A stretch of 63,676 bases of DNA, the filler included, from Sphacelaria rigidula (taxonomy: Eukaryota): NCBI GenBank assembly GCA_964200075.2. It is 4 parts of 4 records of this genome, joined end to end, with 100 filler letters (N's around TTAATTAATTAA, not from the genome) between each part and the next. Parts side by side here need not be neighbours in the genome. Positions count along the whole stretch, not along the records: positions 31,894 to 47,738 come from CAXNAA020001572.1; positions 47,839 to 63,676 come from CAXNAA020001574.1; 2 more parts are not named here. One strand, written 5' to 3'. Below the pieces are notes generated by a model. That model was not told the DNA's origin and searched no databases. It saw only the letters and a list, made by a program, of their open reading frames with translations. A program made the translations under genes and the position numbers. This document shows, one piece after another, positions 40,701 through 48,435 of this stretch. The first letter of the stretch is position 1; each line of letters starts with the position of its first letter.

Positions 40701-43700
40701 TTTCAAGGAGTGTCGTACTCAGGACATATATGCGTAGACTTCGCGACTTGGCCGGTGTATCCGGATGCGGCCTGTGCATCTTGGTGGGTTGGCCACGCCT
40801 CGTAGACCACTTCCAGCTAACGTGTCGTCTCTGTTCTCTCGTCGCCTTCCCTCGACACCTCAAGGTACCTGTTCGAGAACAATCTCACGACCCTGCCGGT
40901 GGGGATCTTCGAGGGTCTCACGGCTCTGGAATGGCTGTGAGTAGCAGTACAACACCCTTGTGGGTAGGTCGCGTTTCCGCAGTGACTCGGCCCGCGTTAG
41001 GGAACAGAGTTCGTGAGGGTACTCTCGGTCTGCTGAGATATCGGTGCATAGCACTCGCCTAGTGTCTCGGGACAAATTCGTGACATCAGCAGTGGTTCAG
41101 CAGTGCTGGGCAGTGGATCACCATACGCGAAGCGATACGGCTGTAGGAGGCGGTAGGGCTTGGTACTGTCATGTTGACGCCATTGCTCTTATGGGATGTA
41201 GAGGTGGTACGCAGTGGCACTCGCGAACCGATGGTCGTGGGATACCATCCTTGGACAGTTCTCGGGGCCATGAGACCCGTGTATGCTACTTGTGATACGC
41301 CAGGGGCGGTTGCATTTTGTTCTCGAAGAAACCGCGTACCTTCGAGACCACCCCAAGGGTTCACTATTCGTCATGCCTTCCTCTCTCGTCTAGGCGTGGG
41401 GGCAACATCAACACTATCGATGTGTCTGTCGTGTAAAGTATGTGATTGTGTCCCGAAACATGGTCAAAGGTGTGCGAGGTAGATTAAGATCAAGACGGGT
41501 ACCCCAAACACCCGAGGTGTTGTGCTGTCGGGAACTGTTGGCCGAGGTGGCGTCGTCTTCGTATGTGAAGGTTCTTCTCGACCTCCGAGAACGCCCCGGG
41601 ATGAAGTGCTCCTTGTACGTACTGAAGTTGATCCACAACAGTCCGTTGATTTGAAGGAAAATGTACTGAGGTGATCAGGCGGCGACGCAGATCTCTCAAC
41701 TTGGTCGGTTTTTGGAATGCGGCCTGTGCATGGTGGGTTGGCCACGCCTTACAGGTCACCCCTAGCTCACATATCGTCTCTGCTCCGCACGTTGGCTTGC
41801 CTCGACCCTCTAAGGAGCTTTTCTTGGAACTTGAGTATCACGCCTCCAGGGATGTTCGAAGGTGTTTGGTTCTGCGAGTTATCGGCTCATAGACGCTGTG
41901 AACGACTTGGCGCAATCGCGGTGCCCCTGTATTCAGGTCTAACCGGCGTCAAGCTCTGTAAATCCTGGTACATATCGGGAACAATCGCGTTCGAATAACT
42001 GTTGCTACTTTTAATGAGGATTTCTAGTACAACGTGTGTTTCAAAACGACGCGGATGTGTTCGTGTAGCTACACTGAGGGGTCCGCGACCATGAGATTTG
42101 CTCGTGATATGGGTTCCATATAGGGATACCAGAAGCGTCAACACAACTGAGCAAAGTTTGAAATTGAAGGTGCAGAAGCCGGCCGCCCCGGTGGCTCAGG
42201 TAGCATCCGCGAAAATCTTTTGACGGTTGGCACTGAAGTGTGAATTTCATGAAACAAAACGCCCCATAATCCCCGCCTCCGCTATCGTAGAATTTTTCTA
42301 TCTCACCATCCTACCGGTTGGGATCTTCGATGGTCTCACGGCTCTAAAAATCCTGTGATCAGCAGCAAGACACTTTTGTGGTTAAGATGCTTTCCTGCAT
42401 TGGCTCAGCCTGCGGTAAAAATCTGAATCCATGGGAATATTATTGATCTGCTCATGTCGGTGCATTGGATCTGGTGCAATTTGCGAGAGTCCATGTTGAT
42501 ATCGACTAGGTGGTACAGGAATGCTGGGGAGTGTACCACTACGTTAGAAGCGCAGTTGTATTAGTCGGTAGGTCTTGTTGCTGTCCTATTCTCCCCATTG
42601 CTCTTGAATGCGGTGTGTAGTACACGTGCAACGGGTAAGTGATGCAATTCGAATGCTCTATGGTTCTGAGAATGATTGAACGGCGGTTCCGTTGACTGAG
42701 AATGGTCACCCTACCCAAAGTTCAACAAGTAGTTCGAGTCGGACACAGAATACTCACCGTGTAGAGCAAAACCACATCGCAGTATGTTGTCGTCGTCAAA
42801 GCTTATTCCCGCCCGCCAGGTAGCTAGAAGTTTAAAAAGAGGACGCTGCTCTCAATATCGTTGTATCATCCTCGTCGTTGCTTACAATGCAAATAGTTTG
42901 GGATTACGCGAGGCGTCTTTTCCACGGCATCAGATCACACCCATACGTGCCCCGTTCTTGCCGTTTTTACGCTGGCGAACTTCTCCCGGGGTCTGACGTA
43001 TAGGTGGCTCGATGGGAACTCACTGGAGTGTATGCCCGCCATCCCAACAACGTGAGCAACGCAAAATGATGGTCGATCTGTCGTCTCGAAATATTTTGTG
43101 TAACAAGTGGAAAATTTTGCACGTGTTTGGGAATCGGTGCAGCGCCACATATTCAGGTAGTCAATTATCGTGCCGAATACGGTTCGCTGACGCTCGCGAT
43201 ATCGAACGAATGCGATGTCCAGCAGCATTGCTTCTCGAAATGTTGGCCCAAATGTGACTTGCCGATCAAGGAAAGTTTCGACCTGCTTTTGAGCTCTCAC
43301 GTTGGCCATAACGTCGGGACTCACGATGAATTTATCCCTAGCATGCGTGAGCCCGTAGCAGAACAAGGAATGCACTTTATCTTCGATTGAATCTCGCCGT
43401 GTGCACAACAAAGGCCGGCTTTTTTCGGCATACTGTTTGCTTTGTGCCTTGCCCATTTTTCATCAATGCACTGCATTGTCGATCGGACACCACCTTTTCC
43501 TCAGACTGTACTGCTACTACTGCTTACTTCCGGTGACACACTTCGCAGGATGGACGCCAACGGGCTCGAAGTTGATGCGTACGGCGACGAATGTGGTGAG
43601 TGATTCTTGAGAAGGTGTACGGATGAACCTAAGCCTAACCCTTGAGCTCCGTAAGGACTCATCGGTATTGGGTTGCTTCCCCCGCAATCTGCCCACGCAG

Positions 43701-45079
43701 GTATCGAGTCGAATATGTCGCTCTTTCGATAAAGGTGTCAACTTGCAGTCTGTATCGGATTTCGATCTGCGCTCCATTCCCCGAATGGCGTCACGCCGCG
43801 CCTCTTTCGTGGTGAGCGGTGCACTGGTCCAGCGAAACGTTGCACGGCGGTACCCCTTATCCAGATAGTATCAATCATTTGCTCCCGCGTGCATTTTCAG
43901 GTCGCTCGGAAGGGCGGTCAGCTGTACCACGCCTCAAACATACACGTGTTACTGGTCGAAACGGTCCACCATGGATCTCGAGATTGATTCAGTTGCTTCA
44001 TGTAATCCGATAATGTGAAAGAGCCTGCAGCGCGGGATGAGTCCTACGGTGGTTGTTCCGTACTACCCACGGCTCTGTACCGTGTATGAAAAGCTTATAT
44101 AAAAAGCTCTCCAAAAGTCCGGTTCGCGCACGTCATAATCGGGCCAAAAGTGTATGTAGGCATGCTTTATTTGAGCGAGATGTGCTGGTACTGTTCTTCC
44201 CAGGCAACGCTAGTGTTCGTCCCTACACCGAGTAATAAAATGCATGTTACAATTCCAAGCGATGCCCTCACCGAGTAATAACATGCATGCTTCGAACGCT
44301 TCCAGGGTGTTCTGTTCCGGACGTGACCGATAACGTGTGCGGCCAAAAAACGTGCACTTCCGGACCCGAAGGATACACCTGTGGTGAGACAACGGCCCTG
44401 ACTGCGTCAAATATGATGATTCGGATTGACCCCCCTCCATCAGGGGCTTCAGTATTGGGTGAACTGACACTGTTCGATACTCGAAGTTTCACAGCTGACA
44501 CAAGTTGCCGCTCCTTGACATTTTTGGACGTAGTCGCAGCTCTCGACTTCCTTGTGCCCTCGGACGCGAGCTGCCACGAGTGTTGTTTTATTGTTCGAGT
44601 TGTGAGCCACTGATGCCGCTGTTTTGATGGCTTGTGAAAGCGGCGTGATCTGCATAAAGCACATGCACCGCGGTGTTGTAGACGGAGACAGCTAATTTCG
44701 ATAGTGTCCCGTACGTGCTAACCGTTTGGTTCCATACCCAGACGGATGTTGTTTACAAAGACGGCCTCGAGCAGGAGGGCTTCAGAAGTCTCATTTGTTT
44801 TGCCCACTCCTTCGGTGCACCCCTCCGAGCCACCGAACGAGGTGGTTCATCGCCTTTATTGCGTTGGTGTCCAGCTCATCTGGCTGGGGTTGGGTAAAGC
44901 ATAAGTTGACTTGGAAATGACCCGCGAAAACCCGCCGACCTGGTAACTCGCTGCATCGGCCACACTTGCGCCTGTGCCAGCACCCACGCCCACCGTTGAA
45001 GCGGAAGAGCCTGCATCGGCCTCCTCAGCACCCGAATCCGCGCCAGAACCTGCGCTGTCACCCAACTCAAGCGCAGAAG
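34675..45079 (+). CDS. Leucine-rich-repeat receptor-like protein, partial: 7 LRR exons, linker exon, Cys-rich exon, Pro/Ser/Ala stalk exon
   Basis: Phase-2 LRR exons splice in frame to 43549-43595 (phase 2 to 1), 44306-44383 (1 to 1) and 44981-45079 (1 to 1). The N-terminus and the region past the 45165-45174 gap are unresolved. Confidence 0.75.
35709..35780 (+). CDS. LRR exon 2: YLSGNDLTTLPVGIFEGLTALETL
   Basis: cgag|72 nt|gtgagt. Confidence 0.88.
36738..36809 (+). CDS. LRR exon 3: YLSGNNLTTLPVGIFEGLTALEHL
   Basis: caag|72 nt|gtgagt. Confidence 0.9.
37762..37833 (+). CDS. LRR exon 4: YLSGNNLTTVQVRIFEGLTALETL
   Basis: caag|72 nt|gtgagt. LPVG is changed to VQVR. Confidence 0.85.
38796..38867 (+). 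CDS. LRR exon 5: SLSYNELTTLPVGIFEGLTALEHL
   Basis: caag|72 nt|gtgagt. Confidence 0.9.
39829..39900 (+). CDS. LRR exon 6: SLSYNELTTLPVGIFEGLTALEHL (nucleotide-identical to exon 5)
   Basis: caag|72 nt|gtgagt. Confidence 0.9.
40865..40936 (+). CDS. LRR exon 7: YLFENNLTTLPVGIFEGLTALEWL
   Basis: caag|72 nt|gtgagt. Confidence 0.9.
41815..41865 (+). pseudogene. Decayed LRR exon (SFSWNLSITPPGMFEG), 3'-truncated
   Basis: Follows a diverged copy of the intron unit and taag acceptor. The 3' half and the gtgagt donor are lost. Confidence 0.65.
42179..42248 (+). mobile_element. Truncated head of the tRNA-derived SINE
   Basis: CCGGCCGCCCCGGTGGCTCAGG...TGACGGTTGG matches the start of the 3191 copy. Confidence 0.6.
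42301..42354 (+). pseudogene. Decayed LRR exon (LTILPVGIFDGLTALKIL), 5'-truncated
   Basis: LRR 3' part followed by gtgatc and a diverged intron-unit start. The nearest AG would give an out-of-frame 64-nt exon. Confidence 0.7.
43549..43595 (+). CDS. Linker exon of the LRR gene (MDANGLEVDAYGDEC)
   Basis: cgcag|47 nt|gtgagt, converting phase 2 to phase 1 as the model requires. Confidence 0.7.
44306..44383 (+). CDS. Cys-rich cap-like exon (GCSVPDVTDNVCGQKTCTSGPEGYTC)
   Basis: tccag|78 nt|gtgaga, phase 1-1. Confidence 0.75.
44981..45079 (+). CDS. Pro/Ser/Ala/Glu-rich stalk exon (APTPTVEAEEPASASSAPESAPEPALSPNSSAE)
   Basis: gccag|99 nt|gtaagc, phase 1-1. Confidence 0.7.
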
Positions 45080-45115
45080 GTAAGCGTGCTGACGTGCCGC
45101 TTTCGGTGTTGAGGT

Positions 45116-45146
<31 letters not shown>

Positions 45147-47468
45147 TACCCCCGCCCACCACCANNNNNNNNNNAAAGTGAACGGTGCGGACGGGCCCTT
45201 TTGGTGTTGGGGTTCCCCCCCCCCCCCCCCCCCGGAGAAATGCTCCGTCTCGAAACGGATGCGTGGTCAATGGTCAAACGACCAAGGCAAGCATTCAAAG
45301 AGTACGCTCTCATCTCCCCACCCCCGTAAAAACCACAGCGTCGAGAAGATCCCCGGGTTTTGTCCAAAACTGAATGGTCAGACCGCGGCCAATATTTCCC
45401 TGCACTGGGTGTACTCACGGTTATGCATGCCATAGTCATCAGGCGCACTCAAACTATAGCCCTGCTGGCAATTTTACAAACAAAAACTAGCAACAAGCAA
45501 GACATCTTCGCTGAAAAAGCCATGGTCTAAGTATTTGTAGGAGCAAGCATTCAAGGGGGAAATGTATAGGGGGAAGCAACTAGACCCCGCGTGTAGATGC
45601 TGAACACTAACCCTAACACTTGAACCAAGTACGACAAGAGATGGCGTGGTATATGCTTGAACCAAGTACGAACTATATCGGCACGTATCCTTTAAACTTG
45701 CATTTACGGTGAGGCATACCATTTTGTGTGAGTACGTAGCTGCATAACTGTATATACGCTATCATCACGCCCAGCCCTTTAAATCTCGTCGCCGCCATGT
45801 AAACAATGTCTAGCGGTGGTACCACGAAATGTACCGTCAAGTTTGATCCTTGTGCGCTGCAATGCGTGGGAAGACCGCGTGCTTAAAGGACCGTATCGTA
45901 GTTCAAAACACCCTAGGATCGATGTCTTTCAAACCCAATCGAGTCAGTCCCTACAGGAACTACGCCCCTGACCCCAACCCCAATACTAAAGCTAACGATA
46001 GGGGCGTTCAAACTCTGATGCGGTCCCCTAAGCACACGGTCCTCCCACGCATTACGTGCTCTCTACTGAGAGGATAACCGTAGTTGCCATCGATATACGC
46101 CTGTGCTCCCTCATATTGGTGTCCGTGCGTAAGGACGTCGTTCTCTCGCATGCGGGAGGCGAAACGAAGTTTTTTTCGCCTGACGCGCAATTCCAGGCTT
46201 CACATCTGATCGTTTCACCCGGTCAGGATACTGTCTCGGATATGTATAAATAAACCCAAGCGTACGCATGTTATCTCATACGCCTTATAAGGCTGAGAAG
46301 GGATTCAGGGCGAGGGAGCAGTGCTTGTAGGGCCTACTGGCGAAGCGATGCGACACCTTCTCTCGAGCCCGTGAGTAATCATTCAGCACCCATACAGCTA
46401 CACTGTTCATCATGTCCGTACCTGCAGCGACCCGAACATTGACAAATGCTTGTGTATCAATTGCCAGACCCTACTCTGGTTGTAGAATCAGCAGCGATAC
46501 GGCGTACGCGCGTGAACTCCGTAGCGAAGACTTCGCTTACTGTAGTGGGTGACTGAAATAGGAGTTTACACGCCACCATCCTTTGGAGTGAACTTATACC
46601 CGCAGCTCTTCTGTGAAACAGCAGCGAAGGCTTCTTTGCTTACTCACACCCCATTTTCCCACCATTACTGCTGCTACTCGTGGGCAGCAGCGCTTCCAGT
46701 AATGAGCTAGAAGTGTCTACTCCTTTCGCCGCAATATGTCGTGGTAACTGCACAGCTGCGCTTCTCTTATCCGCATTCTACTCGTGCAGTTGCAGCAGCT
46801 GCCGCGACGGTAAATCCGACGAATGTTCCCTCTTTCGCGAAGGCATCATACCGCCAACAACGAAGTCATCGCGACCGGCGTCCAACGACGACCCGAGCAC
46901 AGACGGGGAGCTAGACGTGGGCGACATGTTGGAGCGTATGAGAAAGTGCCTGCCGCACGACAGGACGTCTTTGATCCGTGTTGGCCCTTTAAGGAACTCG
47001 TGGCGCGGCATCGAGCCGTTCTCGTCGCACACAAGGCACCGTCCGCATGGGATATGAGAAATTGTAGTGCGAGTGTGGATGTTAGTACGTTCGTCAATTG
47101 ACATCCACTTCCCTTGCATAGCTATGGGAGGGGTGTATTGGATGAGCATTCATCAGTCCAGATGGATTTTATAAAAATCGAAAGTAGTTGAGGGAATGGC
47201 GGTTGACAGCCAGCGACCTATAATCTCGGCCACCGAGGAGAACCCGCCGGGGCCGGCAGCCAATTACTCGCGTGTATTTCTCCGTCTTGCATTATGCTTT
47301 GCTGGAGAATGTACTTGTAGTGCAGCCCCGTGATCACGTTGATATATCATTGATCAAGCGGGTCGATTTATGGAGTCAATTCCCGACATTAATGTTGGTG
47401 TAGTCATTGGTTTCCATATTCTTACTTTGTGAGCGCGCAGACAAGGCGAAAAGGGCTCGAAATACATG

Positions 47469-47566
47469 AGTGGTCAGTACACCACATTGTAGTTCGATTC
47501 TCGGATTGGTCAGTACACCACATTGTGGCTGTGGAAACCCTAGTTCGATTCTCGGATTGGTCACCA
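47469..47566 (+). pseudogene. tRNA-His(GTG)-derived head-to-tail dimer, 5'-truncated, with encoded CCA
   Basis: Anticodon arm CCACA-TTGTGGC-TGTGG, T arm CCTAG-TTCGATT-CTCGG and 3' ATTGGTCA-CCA. The 5' acceptor strand is missing. The upstream copy lacks 15 nt. Confidence 0.8.
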
Positions 47567-47738
47567 TGTAGTGGTCTAGCCACGAGGTGATATTGGTGTC
47601 ACTCTCAAGGATCATACCAGGCCAGCGGTGACACGAGGTCAGCGGCTGGCCGCAATGAACGATCGCAGTAAAGACGAGCGACCCTCGAACTCGTGACTAA
47701 CAGACCTTCGAGCCCGACCAGCACTGCATCGTAAGGCC

Positions 47739-47838
47739 NNNNNNNNNNNNNNNNNNNNNNNNNNNNNNNNNNNNNNNNNNNNTTAATTAATTAANNNNNN
47801 NNNNNNNNNNNNNNNNNNNNNNNNNNNNNNNNNNNNNN
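47739..47838. other. Artificial contig spacer
   Basis: Same 100-nt N/TTAATTAATTAA block. Confidence 0.97.
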
Positions 47839-48204
47839 CCGGAGGGCATTTTTTCGAAAATTGTCATGATTTTTTCGATATTTTTTTGTCAAGTTTGTCA
47901 CAAGGAATTGATCGCTGAACACTGTTTTGATCATTTCTGTTAATTTTGTTACAAGAAAATTATCGCTGAACGCTGACAATAACCGAAAAGTCTGATGGGC
48001 TTTGTGGGGTTCGTGTATCTGCTTCTGCTCCTTGCCCGTTCTGTCCCGATGACCTCAGATGCCGAAGGGCGTTTTTTCGACAATCAAAATTATCCTGATT
48101 TTTTTTTCCTGTTGACTTTGTTGCAAGAAATTGATCAATGAACACTGACAAAATCCGATAAGTTTGTGGGCTTGCGGGGTGTATGTTTGCTTCTGCTCCT
48201 TTAC

Positions 48205-48435
48205 ATATTTATATAATATATAATATAAGTATTGTATATATTTTAGCACATATATTTTCATATATAAATATATAACATGAATATATTGTATATAATATAA
48301 TCAGTATAGTATATATTAAGGAGAAGAATATGTATAATATAGATCAATAATGTAAACCTATTTATATGATATATAATATATAGACCTATGTTATATGATA
48401 TAATATATGAAATAGAATATATAATATAATACATA
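48205..48435. repeat. AT-rich degenerate (TA)n tract
   Basis: Visible low complexity. Confidence 0.8.

Larger units (their letters stand above)
34395..41870 (+). repeat. Tandem array of ~1.03-kb units, each one 72-nt LRR exon plus its intron
   Basis: Exon starts at 34675, 35709, 36738, 37762, 38796, 39829 and 40865 (spacing 1024-1036), with a decayed copy at 41815. Introns are highly similar throughout. Confidence 0.95.

Noticed and set aside
34747-41480. Recurrent ORFs inside the LRR introns (MSSSTTRLWVGR..., MGTHERQL...)
   Set aside because: Frames and stops differ between copies. They recur only because the intron is duplicated.
34395-41870. CRISPR array, or RAG-type recombination signals around the LRR exons
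   Set aside because: Units are ~1 kb with homologous rather than unique spacers, there are no cas genes and the context is eukaryotic. No CACAGTG/ACAAAAACC signal pairs were noticed flanking the exons.
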